Source: Candidatus Peregrinibacteria bacterium
GTDB taxonomy: Bacteria > Patescibacteriota > Gracilibacteria > UBA1369 > UBA12473
Length of the DNA: 64,000 bases
Assembly (NCBI GenBank): GCA_018659585.1
Contig: JABJMC010000022.1
Span: 9,104-73,103 of the forward strand
Reading direction: 5' to 3'
In this document: positions 16,326-26,235 of the stretch, in pieces
Layout: every line of letters begins with the position of its first letter
Numbering within the stretch: position 1 is the first letter of the stretch
Notes under the pieces: generated by a model
What the model saw: only the letters and a program-made list of their open reading frames with translations
Databases searched by the model: none
Told to the model about the DNA's origin: nothing
Program-made: the position numbers and the translations under genes

Positions 16326-19300
16326 ATGGCTAAAAAAACGTCTTCTTCTAAACCTGCAAAAGCAAAAAAACAAATCAAAAAGACCACTAAATCAGCCCCT
16401 AAAAAGGCCCCTTCTAAAGCCGTTAAGTCAGTTAAAGTTAAATCAGTTAAAGTTAATCCCGTTCGCCAACGTAAGCTTTTGGTAACTCAGGATGACTACG
16501 CTATGCCGGATCTGATTGAGATCCAAACTGATTCTTATAAATGGTTTTTGGAAGAAGGAATCCGTGAACTTCTCGAAGAAATTTCCCCTATCACAGACTT
16601 TTCCGGGAAAAAATTAGAACTACACTTTCTAGAGCACTCCATTGGCGATGCCAAATACAAATCTTCTTTAGCTAAGCAAAAAAACCTTACTTTTGAAGCT
16701 CCTCTAAAAGTTCATGTTCAGCTCATCAATAAAGAGACTGGTGAAATTAAAGAGCAGGATGTTTTCCTAGGAGGGGTCCCACTTATGACCCACCAAGGAA
16801 CTTTTATTGTAAATGGAATTGAAAGAGTAGTTGTTAGTCAATTAGTGCGCTCCCCCGGAGTATTTTTCTCTCGTAATTCTGCCGCACCTCCGTACTGCAA
16901 CGCCAAAATCATCCCAAATCGTGGCGCTTGGCTCGAAGTTGAAACCGACAAAAAAGGGATCATTACTGTAAAAATTGATCGCAAACGCAAAATTCCTATT
17001 ACTAGTTTATTGCGTGTTTTTGGTTATACCGAAGACAAAGACATTCTCAATCTTTTCAAGGATGACGTTAAAGATGAAATTCAAAACTACATCCTTCTAA
17101 CTCTTGAAAAAGACACTGCCAAAACTGTGGACGAAGCCTACAAATCTATTTACCGCAAAATTCGTCCTGGAGACTTGGCTACTCCCGAAAACGCCAAATC
17201 TCTTATCCAATCCATGTTCTTTGATTACCGAAAATACGACATGGGACCAGTGGCACGTTATAAACTTAACCGTCGCTTTAAATTAAAAACCCCAAACACT
17301 CGCAAGAATCATACTTTCCAAGTCGATGATTTAGTTTTGATTCTAAAACACTTAATCAAACTTAATAACGGCGATGCTACTCCAGATGATATTGATCACT
17401 TAAGCAATCGTCGTATTCGTCCAGTTGGTGAGTTAGTACAAAACAAATTCCGTGTTGGTTTACTCCGCACTGATCGTATTGCCAAGGATCGTATGACTGT
17501 TATGGACTTAGAAACTGTCACACCAACTGAATTAATTAACTCTCGACCAATCACCGCTGCTCTTCGTGAATTTTTTGCTAGCTCTCAGCTATCACAATTC
17601 ATGGATCAGACTAATCCCCTCGCTGAATTAGCTCATAAACGTCGTTTATCTGCTATGGGGCCAGGTGGTTTATCCCGTGAACGTGCTTCGTTTGATGTTC
17701 GTGATGTGCATGCTTCTCACTATGGTCGAATCTGTCCAATTGCTACTCCCGAGGGACCAAATATTGGTTTGGTTGTTCACTTAGCAACTTACGCTCGACT
17801 TAATAAATTTGGATTTATTGAAACTCCTTTCCGAGAAATCAACCATACGGTTGCTCCAGATTTAAAGAATCTTGTTGGTCATACTCTTGACGCTGAAGTT
17901 AAAGATAAAAGTAAAAAAACTATTGCCAAATCCGGCACCAAAGTTAACGAAGCTTTAGCCAAGAAAATCATCAAAGCAGTACCTAAAAATTCTGAAGTTA
18001 AAGTGGTTGCTTACCCTGGAAAAATGGTTAGTTATTTTGATGCTGAAGATGAACAAAGCATCATCGTGGCGCAAGCTAATTCCGAACTTACTGAAGATAA
18101 TGAATTCGAAAAAAATCGTGTTGCTGCTCGTAGTAACAACGAGCCAACCATGTCACATATTCGTGACTTAACACACATTGATATTGCCCCTCAACAGATT
18201 ATTTCGGTAACAACCTCACTTATTCCGTTCCTTGAACACGACGATAATACTCGTGCTTCAATGGGATCAAATATGCAGAGACAAGCCGTGCCTTTGCTTA
18301 AACCATCTTGCCCACTCGTCGGAACTGGTATGGAAAAAATTGCCGCCGAAAATTCAGGACAAGTAATTCTAGCCGAAGGACCTGGAAAAGTTTCTTCAGT
18401 TGATGCCGATCAAATCACAGTTCTTTATGACAATGGTAAAAAACAAATCTACGAATTAACGGTTTACACTCGTTCTAATCAAGCTACTTGCTGTCACCAA
18501 CGCTCCATTGCAGTCAAAGGACAACGCGTTAAAAAAGGTGACCTCCTCGCTGACGGAACATCTACTAACGAAGGAGAACTCGCCCTTGGAAAAAACTTAT
18601 TTGTCGCTTACATGAGTTGGCAAGGTTATAACTTTGAGGATGCGGTTATTATCTCTCAAAAACTAGTTAAAGCCGATGCTTTCAGCTCTGTTCATATCGA
18701 AACTTTCACCGTTGATATTCGTGACACCAAATTAGGACCAGAAGTTGTTACTTGCGACATTCCTAACGTTGGTGAAGCTCGCTTAAAAGATCTTGATGAA
18801 ATGGGTGTGGTCCGAATTGGAGCCACGGTTCGAGAAGGAGATATTTTGGTTGGTAAAATCACTCCAAAAGGAGAGACTGAGCTAACCCCAGAAGAACGTC
18901 TACTTCGCGCAATCTTTGGTGACAAAGCTCGTGATGTAAAAGATACTTCTCTTCGTTTACCAGGAGGTGAAGGTGGGAAAGTTGTTAAAGTTGAAATCTT
19001 TAGCCGTGAAAATGGTGATGAGCTTCCTACCGGAGTTATCCAACAACTTCGTGTAAATGTAGCGCAGACTCGCAAAATCTCGGTCGGAGATAAGGTCGCT
19101 GGTCGTCACGGTAATAAAGGTGTGATCTCTATTATTGTGCCGCAAGAAGATATGCCTTATTTACCAGACGGAACACCAATTGATATTATTTTGAATCCTC
19201 TTGGTGTGACCAGTCGTATGAATATCGGACAAATTTTGGAAACTCACTTAGGTTGGGCCTGTCATGACCTTGGCGTTAAGGTTGCTACCCCAGCTTTGAA

Positions 19301-19907
19301 TGGTGCTCCAACTGAAATCACTCATGAATATCTCAAAAAAGCTGGTCTTCCTGAAGACGGGAAAGAACAACTTTTTGATGGACGAACTGGAGAACCTCTT
19401 GATCACCGCACTACCGTGGGAATCGCCTATGTGATGAAATTAAATCACTTAGTTGAAGACAAAATCCATGCTCGTTCAGTTGGTCCATACTCACTTGTTA
19501 CGCAACAACCTCTCGGAGGTAAAGCACAACATGGTGGACAACGTTTTGGAGAAATGGAGGTTTGGGCGCTCGAAGCTTATGGAGCAGCTCACACTTTACA
19601 AGAAATGCTCACCATCAAATCTGATGATGTGTATGGTCGCGCCAAAGCTTACGAATCTATTGTAAAGGGTGAACCAATCAAAAAACCGCGCACTCCAGAA
19701 TCATTCAATGTTTTAACTCGTGAATTACAAAGTCTCTGTCTCAACGTCGAATTAATTGAAAAACTAGTTGATACCAAAGAAGCAGATGATGAAGAATACA
19801 TCGAACCACAAGAAGCAGACTTAGAGCTAAAACCACCAGACGAAGAAGCTCCTCTAGTTGATGACAGCACTAAAATTACTGATCCCGCTGTTATCGAAAA
19901 TAATTAA
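16326..19907 (+). CDS. rpoB: DNA-directed RNA polymerase beta subunit, with a roughly 50-aa lysine-rich N-terminal extension
   Basis: Conserved blocks are present: DLIEIQTDSYKWF, GTFIVNGIERVVVSQL, SQLSQFMDQTNPL, RRLSAMGPGGL, GRHGNKGV, and NGRTGE-like FDGRTGEP. The ATG at 16326 (MAKKTSSSKPAKAKK) is preferred to the GTG at 16251. Confidence 0.95.
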   Translation: MAKKTSSSKPAKAKKQIKKTTKSAPKKAPSKAVKSVKVKSVKVNPVRQRKLLVTQDDYAMPDLIEIQTDSYKWFLEEGIRELLEEISPITDFSGKKLELHFLEHSIGDAKYKSSLAKQKNLTFEAPLKVHVQLINKETGEIKEQDVFLGGVPLMTHQGTFIVNGIERVVVSQLVRSPGVFFSRNSAAPPYCNAKIIPNRGAWLEVETDKKGIITVKIDRKRKIPITSLLRVFGYTEDKDILNLFKDDVKDEIQNYILLTLEKDTAKTVDEAYKSIYRKIRPGDLATPENAKSLIQSMFFDYRKYDMGPVARYKLNRRFKLKTPNTRKNHTFQVDDLVLILKHLIKLNNGDATPDDIDHLSNRRIRPVGELVQNKFRVGLLRTDRIAKDRMTVMDLETVTPTELINSRPITAALREFFASSQLSQFMDQTNPLAELAHKRRLSAMGPGGLSRERASFDVRDVHASHYGRICPIATPEGPNIGLVVHLATYARLNKFGFIETPFREINHTVAPDLKNLVGHTLDAEVKDKSKKTIAKSGTKVNEALAKKIIKAVPKNSEVKVVAYPGKMVSYFDAEDEQSIIVAQANSELTEDNEFEKNRVAARSNNEPTMSHIRDLTHIDIAPQQIISVTTSLIPFLEHDDNTRASMGSNMQRQAVPLLKPSCPLVGTGMEKIAAENSGQVILAEGPGKVSSVDADQITVLYDNGKKQIYELTVYTRSNQATCCHQRSIAVKGQRVKKGDLLADGTSTNEGELALGKNLFVAYMSWQGYNFEDAVIISQKLVKADAFSSVHIETFTVDIRDTKLGPEVVTCDIPNVGEARLKDLDEMGVVRIGATVREGDILVGKITPKGETELTPEERLLRAIFGDKARDVKDTSLRLPGGEGGKVVKVEIFSRENGDELPTGVIQQLRVNVAQTRKISVGDKVAGRHGNKGVISIIVPQEDMPYLPDGTPIDIILNPLGVTSRMNIGQILETHLGWACHDLGVKVATPALNGAPTEITHEYLKKAGLPEDGKEQLFDGRTGEPLDHRTTVGIAYVMKLNHLVEDKIHARSVGPYSLVTQQPLGGKAQHGGQRFGEMEVWALEAYGAAHTLQEMLTIKSDDVYGRAKAYESIVKGEPIKKPRTPESFNVLTRELQSLCLNVELIEKLVDTKEADDEEYIEPQEADLELKPPDEEAPLVDDSTKITDPAVIENN

Positions 19908-19929
19908 TATTTATTTTAACCCTTTTAAA

Positions 19930-20565
19930 ATGAGAAGTGTAAACAAAGTTATCTTAATTGGTAACGTCACACGAGACCCTGAACTCCGCCAAACTCAAAG
20001 CGGGCAATCCGTTTGTACTTTTGGTTTAGCTACCAACCGTGAATGGGTCACTTCAGACAGTCGCAAAAAATCATCCGCTGAATATCACGAAGTTGTAGCC
20101 TGGGCTCAATTAGCTGACATTTGTGATAAATACGTTCGTAAAGGAAAACTTCTTTACATCGAAGGTTACCTTAAAACTCGCAGCTGGGACACTCCAGAGG
20201 GTATTCGCAAATTCAAAACCGAAGTTGTTATTCAAGACATGATTATGCTTGAAAAACGTAGCGATGCTGATGGTATAGATACTGAATTTGCTGGCTCTGG
20301 TGCTACCATAAATGATTATGATGACTATCAAGAAACTCCTGCTCCAGCCGAAGAAGCAGCCAAAGATGATGAAGAAACTAAGACTGAAACTGAAACCGAA
20401 GCAAACGAATCAGTCGAAGAAACTTCGACCGAAACTCCAACTGAAGAACCAGCCAAAGATGATAAAAAAGATGATGACGATGATGATGATGATGATGACG
20501 ACGATAAAGATAAGGAAGAAGAGAAAAAAGAAGAAAGCTTAATTGACGCTGACTTTGGCCTCTAA
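19930..20565 (+). CDS. ssb: Single-stranded DNA-binding protein with a long acidic tail containing an 11-residue poly-Asp run
   Basis: OB fold with MRSVNKVILIGNVTRDPELR...YHEVVAWAQLADICDKYVRKGKLLYIEGYLKTRSW. The tail ends IDADFGL, compared with the canonical DDDIPF tip. The ATG at 19930 is preferred to the track start at 19858, which overlaps rpoB. Confidence 0.9.
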   Translation: MRSVNKVILIGNVTRDPELRQTQSGQSVCTFGLATNREWVTSDSRKKSSAEYHEVVAWAQLADICDKYVRKGKLLYIEGYLKTRSWDTPEGIRKFKTEVVIQDMIMLEKRSDADGIDTEFAGSGATINDYDDYQETPAPAEEAAKDDEETKTETETEANESVEETSTETPTEEPAKDDKKDDDDDDDDDDDDKDKEEEKKEESLIDADFGL

Positions 20566-20599
20566 ATTTTATTCCTCGCTCTAAATAACTCCTCTTTAT

Positions 20600-23500
20600 A
20601 TGGCAAAACCTGCACCAATTGATTTCAAAGGAATTGCGATCTCCGTCGCTTCCCCAGAAGAAATCCTATCTTGGTCTCACGGTGAAGTTAAAAAACCAGA
20701 GACCATTAATTACCGCACCCAAAAACCAGAACGGGACGGTCTTTTCTGTGAAAAGATTTTCGGCCCAACTAAAAACTGGGAATGTTACTGTGGAAAATAC
20801 AAACGCATCCGCTATAAAGGTGTGATTTGTGAAAAATGTGGCGTTGAAGTGGCCCGCTCTATTGTTCGTCGTGAACGTATGGCTCACATCAAACTCGCTG
20901 TCCCGGTAACTCACATTTGGTTTTTAAGATCAACTCCAAGTCGAATTGGTCTTCTTTTAAACCTTCCTGTAAAAACTATCGAACAAGTTGTTTATTTTGC
21001 TGCTTACATCGTCACGCAGGTCGATGAAAAAGCTAAAGAGGAAACCATTGAACAACTTAAAGAAGAATTTAAAACCTACAAGAAAAAAATTCAAAAAGAG
21101 TTCAAAGCCAAACTATCCGTCACCAAAGATGAAGATGCCCAAGCCCTTGTTGAACAAGAACTTGCAACTGAATTAGAAGAATTAACTTCTAAGCACAGCA
21201 CTGCCCGCGATGAACTTAATTCTTTAGATTCCGGAAATGTTCTTAGCGAGCTTTCTTATCGCGATATGTCCATGAAATTTGGTCACGTATTCAAAGCTGG
21301 CACTGGTGCTGAAGCCATTCGAGATGTGGTTAGACATATGAATCTTGAAGAACAGGCTAAAAGCCTTCGTGAACAACTTAAGAAATCTAGTGGTCAAAAG
21401 CACAAAAAACTCACCAAACGTCTCAAATTTGTTGGGAGTTTAATGAAAGCAGAAATCAAACCAGAATGGATGGTTTTGACTGTTCTACCAGTTATTCCAC
21501 CAGATTTAAGGCCTATGGTTCAGTTAGACGGCGGACGATTTGCCGCTTCAGATCTCAACGACTTATACCGCCGGGTTATCAATCGTAATAACCGTCTCAA
21601 ACGGTTAATGTCCATTGGTGCTCCAGAAGTAATTTGTCGTAACGAAAAACGTATGCTGCAAGAGGCTGTAGATGCCCTTCTTAATAATAGTGCTCGTCAA
21701 AGCCGCACTGTTTTCAATACCGGAGATAAACGTAAATTACGTTCTCTTTCTGACATGTTAAAAGGTAAACAAGGACGTTTCCGCCAAAACTTGCTTGGAA
21801 AACGTGTTGATTACTCTGGTCGTTCCGTAATTGTGATTGGACCTAAACTTAAACTTCACCAGTGTGGTTTACCAAAAACCATGGCTTTAGAACTTTTCAA
21901 ACCCTTTGTAATTGGTCAACTTATTAGAGATGGCTACGCTCACAATATTAAAAACGCTGAACGCTTAATCACAGCCAGTAAACGTGAAGTTTGGGATATT
22001 TTAGAAAAAATCACCAAAAATCACTACGTTCTCTTAAACCGTGCTCCTACCCTTCACCGTCTTGGTATTCAGGCTTTCCAGCCAGTACTTGTAGAAGGTA
22101 AAGCCATTATGGTTCACCCGCTAGTTTGTGCTGCTTTTAACGCTGACTTTGATGGAGATCAAATGGCGGTTCATGTGCCTCTTTCCAAAAGAGCCCAAGA
22201 AGAAGCAGGAAGCCTTATGCTTTCTTGTAAAAATCTTCTCAAACCATCAGCTGGAGAACCGATTGTTAATCCAACTCAAGATATGGTGTTGGGATGTTAC
22301 TTCTTAACCCAAATTCATCCTGGCAAAAAAGGTGAAGGCATGATCTTTTCCGGATTCGAAGAAGCTCTTATTGCTTACCAAATGGGACATGTTCACCTGC
22401 AAGCTATTATCAAAGCTCGCGTAAATGGAGAAATCATTGAAACCTCAGTTGGACGACTTATTTTCAACGACACTATTCCAGAGGGTATGGAATACATCAA
22501 CAAACCCATGACCAAAAAAGCACTCCTAAATGCTATTGCGCGATGTTACAACGAACTTGGCGAAGAAAAAACCGCTGAAATGGCCGATGAAATTAAGAAG
22601 GCCGGTTTTGAATACGCTACTTTATCAGGACTTTCAATTAGTGCTTCGGACATGGTTGTTCCCAAGGAAAAGGATAAAATCGTAGACAATGCCTCTGAAA
22701 TTATTAAAAATATTAATAATCAATTTTGGAAAGGCTTAGTTACTGATCGTGAACGCTATGAGCACACCATTAAACTATGGTCTCAAACCAAAGTAGATAT
22801 TGCTAAAATAATGATTAAAAACTTTAAGCCAGAAAACGATATTTTCTACACCATTGACTCTGGCGCTCGTGGTAACTGGGGACAAATTACTCAGCTTTGT
22901 GGAATGAAAGGATTGGTGGCTAATCCAGCTGGTGAAACTATTGAACTTCCAATCAAATCTAACCTCAAAGAAGGATTCTCAATTCTTGAATACTTTATTG
23001 CCACGCATGGTGGACGTAAAGGTAAATCTGATACTGCTCTTAAAACAGCGGAAGCTGGTTACTTAACACGTCGTTTAGTAGATGCTGTGCAAGATGTTGT
23101 TATTAAAGAATATGATTGTGGATCACGTAATGAGCATCTTATTACTAGAAAGCAAAGTGACGAAATTGGTGAAGATTATGAAAAACGAATTTATGGTCGT
23201 GTTCTTATTTACAACCTTAAAGATCCAAAAACCGGCAAAACCATTGCCAAAAAGAACACGGGGATTGGTCACCAACTTGTTGATCAAATCAAAGAGCTTG
23301 GTATTGATGAAATGATTGTACGTGACGTAATGAGTTGCCGTTCGCCTAAGGGTATTTGCCAAATGTGTTACGGCCGAGACTTAGGTACTAATGAGGCAGT
23401 AGACATTGGAACTGCGGTTGGAATTATTGCGGCTCAAAGTATTGGTGAGCCAGGAACTCAGCTTACGATGCGTACCTTCCACATGGGTGGTGTTGCGGAA

Positions 23501-24397
23501 GGTTCTGATATTACTCAAGGTCTAACTCGAGTAGAAGAACTTTTTGAAGCCAGACCACCAAAAAAACCGGCTATCCTCTCCCAAAACAAAGGGAAAGTTA
23601 AAATTACTCGCCGTTCGGGTAATATTGACATTTCTATTATTGCGGACGAAGAAATGCAAAAAACTTATCTTGTTTCTTCAGGCATGGAAGTCTTTGTAAA
23701 AGCTAAGGACAAATTTAAGAAAAAAGAAGTTCTTGCTAAAAACCCTGAGAACAAAAGCAGTGTTAAAGCCGAAGAAGCTGGCACAGTAGTAAAAGTAACC
23801 AAAGACAGCATTATCATTAAATCAGATGAAGCGGTTGAGGAAACTTACAAACTTCCTACCGGAAGAGCAGCTCTTGTTAAGAACAATGATCTTGTTGGTC
23901 CTGGTCAACCACTAACTACTGGACATCTTAATCTACGTGAACTAATGAGTCTTAATGGCTTGGCAGCGTCTCAAAAATACCTCCTAAACGAGGTTCAAAG
24001 TATTTACGCTGCTCAAGGTCAAAAAATTAACGACAAACACATTGAAATCATTATTCGCCAAATGTTCTCCAAAATTCGCATTTTAGAGTCTAATGACTCT
24101 AAATATCTCCCTGGTGAAATTATTGACTTCCTTGTATTCGAAGACACTAACGCTAAGCTCAAGAAAAAGAAAAAAACACTTGCCACCGGAGAACGTCTTT
24201 TGCTTGGATTAACCCGTATTTCTCTTCAAACCGATAGTTGGCTTTCTGCTGCTTCTTTCCAAGAAACCATTCGTGTCTTGGTTGAAGCTTCTACAACTCG
24301 TAAGATCGATAACTTACAAGGATTAAAAGAAAACGTCATTATCGGTAAACTTATTCCAGCTGGCGCCACCTATCGTCGCCTTAACAATTTGGAATAA
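20600..24397 (+). CDS. rpoC: DNA-directed RNA polymerase beta' subunit
   Basis: Zinc motif [23 protein letters not shown], catalytic [14 protein letters not shown], and [13 protein letters not shown]. Confidence 0.97.
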   Translation: MAKPAPIDFKGIAISVASPEEILSWSHGEVKKPETINYRTQKPERDGLFCEKIFGPTKNWECYCGKYKRIRYKGVICEKCGVEVARSIVRRERMAHIKLAVPVTHIWFLRSTPSRIGLLLNLPVKTIEQVVYFAAYIVTQVDEKAKEETIEQLKEEFKTYKKKIQKEFKAKLSVTKDEDAQALVEQELATELEELTSKHSTARDELNSLDSGNVLSELSYRDMSMKFGHVFKAGTGAEAIRDVVRHMNLEEQAKSLREQLKKSSGQKHKKLTKRLKFVGSLMKAEIKPEWMVLTVLPVIPPDLRPMVQLDGGRFAASDLNDLYRRVINRNNRLKRLMSIGAPEVICRNEKRMLQEAVDALLNNSARQSRTVFNTGDKRKLRSLSDMLKGKQGRFRQNLLGKRVDYSGRSVIVIGPKLKLHQCGLPKTMALELFKPFVIGQLIRDGYAHNIKNAERLITASKREVWDILEKITKNHYVLLNRAPTLHRLGIQAFQPVLVEGKAIMVHPLVCAAFNADFDGDQMAVHVPLSKRAQEEAGSLMLSCKNLLKPSAGEPIVNPTQDMVLGCYFLTQIHPGKKGEGMIFSGFEEALIAYQMGHVHLQAIIKARVNGEIIETSVGRLIFNDTIPEGMEYINKPMTKKALLNAIARCYNELGEEKTAEMADEIKKAGFEYATLSGLSISASDMVVPKEKDKIVDNASEIIKNINNQFWKGLVTDRERYEHTIKLWSQTKVDIAKIMIKNFKPENDIFYTIDSGARGNWGQITQLCGMKGLVANPAGETIELPIKSNLKEGFSILEYFIATHGGRKGKSDTALKTAEAGYLTRRLVDAVQDVVIKEYDCGSRNEHLITRKQSDEIGEDYEKRIYGRVLIYNLKDPKTGKTIAKKNTGIGHQLVDQIKELGIDEMIVRDVMSCRSPKGICQMCYGRDLGTNEAVDIGTAVGIIAAQSIGEPGTQLTMRTFHMGGVAEGSDITQGLTRVEELFEARPPKKPAILSQNKGKVKITRRSGNIDISIIADEEMQKTYLVSSGMEVFVKAKDKFKKKEVLAKNPENKSSVKAEEAGTVVKVTKDSIIIKSDEAVEETYKLPTGRAALVKNNDLVGPGQPLTTGHLNLRELMSLNGLAASQKYLLNEVQSIYAAQGQKINDKHIEIIIRQMFSKIRILESNDSKYLPGEIIDFLVFEDTNAKLKKKKKTLATGERLLLGLTRISLQTDSWLSAASFQETIRVLVEASTTRKIDNLQGLKENVIIGKLIPAGATYRRLNNLE

Positions 24398-24471
24398 TAG
24401 CTTGCGCTTAAGGAAAAAATCCGTTAAAAGAGACGAGCGCAAAAAAATCTAATATCACTTAGTTAAATCTT

Positions 24472-24885
24472 ATGCCTACGATCAATCAACTCATCCGTAA
24501 ATCACGGAAATCGCCGAAGAAGAAAAGTAAATCTCCGGCTATGCAATGGATTTTTAATACTCTTAAAAATCGTTCTACTAAGCTTAGCTGTCCTCAAAAA
24601 AGAGGTGTCTGTGTGAAAGTAACAACTATGACACCAAAAAAACCGAACTCTGCCTTGCGTAAAATTGCTCGTGTTCGTTTAACCAATGGTATTGAAGTTA
24701 ACGCTTACATCCCTGGTGAAGGTCACAATCTCCAAGAACACTCGGTTGTAACTATTCGTGGTGGTCGTGTAAAAGATCTACCTGGTGTGCGTTACCATAT
24801 TGTTCGTGGAACACTTGATACTCAAGGTGTTGCCGATCGTAAACAATCACGTTCTGTTTACGGTACTAAACGACCAAAAAACTAA
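24472..24885 (+). CDS. rpsL: 30S ribosomal protein S12
   Basis: [10 protein letters not shown]...[41 protein letters not shown]. Confidence 0.97.
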   Translation: MPTINQLIRKSRKSPKKKSKSPAMQWIFNTLKNRSTKLSCPQKRGVCVKVTTMTPKKPNSALRKIARVRLTNGIEVNAYIPGEGHNLQEHSVVTIRGGRVKDLPGVRYHIVRGTLDTQGVADRKQSRSVYGTKRPKN

Positions 24886-24909
24886 ACTTATCTAACCTTT
24901 CTTTAAAAA

Positions 24910-25365
24910 ATGGCCCAACGAATTCATAGACATATCCCAGAAGACTCCAATCCTCTACAAGAAAAATTCATCAACTACATTATGCTTGATGGAAAAAAGA
25001 GTATTGCCCGTACAATTTTTAAAGACGTCATGGACGAAATTAAAAAGAAAGGTCACAAAAACCCAGAAACAATTTTTGAAAAAGCAATTGAAACAGTTGA
25101 ACCATCTATGGAAGTTCGCCCCAAGCGTATTGGTGGCGCGGTTTACCAAATTCCAATGGAGGTAAAACCAAAAAGACGAATCATGTTATCTTTCCGTTGG
25201 ATTCTAAGCGCTGCCCGCAAAGAAAAAGGATCTCCAGTTGCCGTTCGTATTGCTCGTCAATTACTAGATGCTTCCGAAGGAATCGGGGCCGCTGTTAAAA
25301 AGAAAGAAGACACTCACAAAATGGCTGCAGCTAACAAAGCGTTTGCTCACTACGCAAGGTACTAA
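24910..25365 (+). CDS. rpsG: 30S ribosomal protein S7
   Basis: It follows rpsL. It carries FINYIMLDGKKSIA, VEVRPKRIGGAVYQIPMEV and AFAHYR. Confidence 0.95.
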   Translation: MAQRIHRHIPEDSNPLQEKFINYIMLDGKKSIARTIFKDVMDEIKKKGHKNPETIFEKAIETVEPSMEVRPKRIGGAVYQIPMEVKPKRRIMLSFRWILSAARKEKGSPVAVRIARQLLDASEGIGAAVKKKEDTHKMAAANKAFAHYARY

Positions 25366-25565
25366 CACGCGAAGAGAATGAAATTCTAGTTCGCGCAGCG
25401 CAGCGCCTGAAAAGGCGCAAGCAACCTTTGTATTAAACCATTTTTAAACCTGTGAGTTTATTCGCGGTGGAGCGAATATCCCCGTTCATCTTTTTTTAAT
25501 TTTCATTTCATTTTTTTGTTAAATTTCCTTCATCTCATTTTGTTAACCTTAAATTGTTCAAGCCT

Positions 25566-25636
25566 GGGGGTGGTGCGGACACGTTGAAAGATTTGACATC
25601 TATTCAACAGGGGTTCAACTCCCCTCGCCTCCACCA
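25566..25636 (+). ncRNA. tRNA-like / tmRNA-TLD-like small RNA with alanine identity features and no anticodon loop
   Basis: Its parts are as follows. A 7-bp acceptor stem GGGGGTG/CGCCTCC with a G3:U70 wobble. Discriminator A73 and an encoded CCA (25634-25636). A T-arm AGGGG-TTCAACT-CCCCT. A mini D-arm GTG-CGGA-CAC. A 10-bp bulged helix GTTGAAAGAT/ATCTATTCAAC capped by the 5-nt loop TTGAC where an anticodon arm should be. It is flanked by an 8-bp inverted repeat (TGTTCAAG 25555-25562 and CTTGAACA 25637-25644) and followed by a terminator-like hairpin. Confidence 0.45.
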
Positions 25637-25649
25637 CTTGAACATAATG

Positions 25650-25679
25650 AAAAGGGCCTCCAAAATTGGGGGCTCTTTT
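25650..25679 (+). terminator. Terminator-like hairpin downstream of the tRNA-like element
   Basis: AAAAGGGCCTCC-AAAATT-GGGGGCTCTTTT gives a 12-bp stem with two G:T wobbles. Its 3' arm ends in TTTT. Confidence 0.4.
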
Positions 25680-25682
25680 CGA

Positions 25683-25745
25683 TGGTGCGTTGAAAGATTT
25701 GACGTTTAAATTATAGCTCAAATACAACAAAAGTTCAACGCTTGA
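25683..25745 (+). repeat. Partial direct duplicate of the 5' half of the tRNA-like element, embedded in a second hairpin
   Basis: TGGTGCGTTGAAAGATTTGAC (25683-25703) equals 25571-25597 minus the 6 nt GACACG. GCGTTGAA (25687-25694) pairs with TTCAACGC (25734-25741). Confidence 0.6.
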
Positions 25746-25833
25746 GGAGAAAATATCGCTCACATTCTTTGGGGAATCCGCCAAATTGCGGAAGACCCCA
25801 CAGACAACAGAAGAACGATTTTTTTGGCAGCGA

Positions 25834-26235
25834 TCAGAGAAGATCAGGCGGTATTGGGAAATAATGGTAACGAAAAATTATCACTAGCATCATCCCAATC
25901 CCCAGCGGTAACCCAAAAATTATCACCGGGACGCCAACAACTATCGTAATCCAATTCTCAGAGCTGCTTTCAGTCACCAAGGGGGAATACATAGCCGCCC
26001 GGCCCATTAACATCACCATTAACCCTCCCAGAGAAGACATACCGATCACCGACAAAGAGCTATCCGTCAGCCAGAACCGCACCACGCTGGCTTTCATCGC
26101 GAAACCAAAAAACACCGCGATGCCAACATTTCCCAGCCAGGCATAGTCAGTCCCTGCCACCAAATAACAACCGATCAGAGCCAAAACCAGCACCACCACG
26201 GCCTCCACCACCGACACGTACCAATACGCTTTCAT
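25834..26235 (-). CDS. Small polytopic membrane protein, function unknown, compositionally atypical
   Basis: About four hydrophobic helices (VVEAVVVLVLALIGCYLV, IAVFFGFAM, VIGMSSLGGLMVMLM, IVVGVPVIIFGLPLGIGMMLVIIF). G-ending codons (GTG, CTG, GCG, CCG) dominate, unlike neighbouring genes. The ATG at 26235 is preferred; the track's longer version starts at a TTG at 26334. Confidence 0.55.
   Translation of the reverse strand: MKAYWYVSVVEAVVVLVLALIGCYLVAGTDYAWLGNVGIAVFFGFAMKASVVRFWLTDSSLSVIGMSSLGGLMVMLMGRAAMYSPLVTESSSENWITIVVGVPVIIFGLPLGIGMMLVIIFRYHYFPIPPDLL

Noticed and set aside
20312-20542. 76-aa K/M-rich ORF and other short overlapping ORFs inside ssb, rpoC, fusA, tuf and other genes
   Set aside because: These are off-frame or antisense ORFs within strongly conserved genes. 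Their low-complexity translations are produced by codon repeats, and nothing supports them independently.
24398-24471. Inverted repeat TTGCGCT...AGCGCAA between rpoC and rpsL, as a possible terminator or regulatory hairpin
   Set aside because: It is only 7 bp with a 27-nt loop and no T-run, which is too weak to call.
24472-24885. Apparent ~13-aa insertion in S12 ([25 protein letters not shown]) relative to E. coli
   Set aside because: The long form with an insertion at this site is normal in Firmicutes-type S12, as in B. subtilis, so it is not unusual.
25530-25784. 84-aa ORF on the minus strand
   Set aside because: It runs antisense through the tRNA-like element (the ARGVEPL-type peptide typical of a reverse-translated T-arm) and through hairpins. 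It has no coding-like composition.
26195-26210. Second GCCTCCACCA string that could mark another tRNA/tmRNA 3' end
   Set aside because: No T-arm precedes it. It is simply the reverse complement of GTG GTG GAG GCC codons inside the membrane-protein gene.
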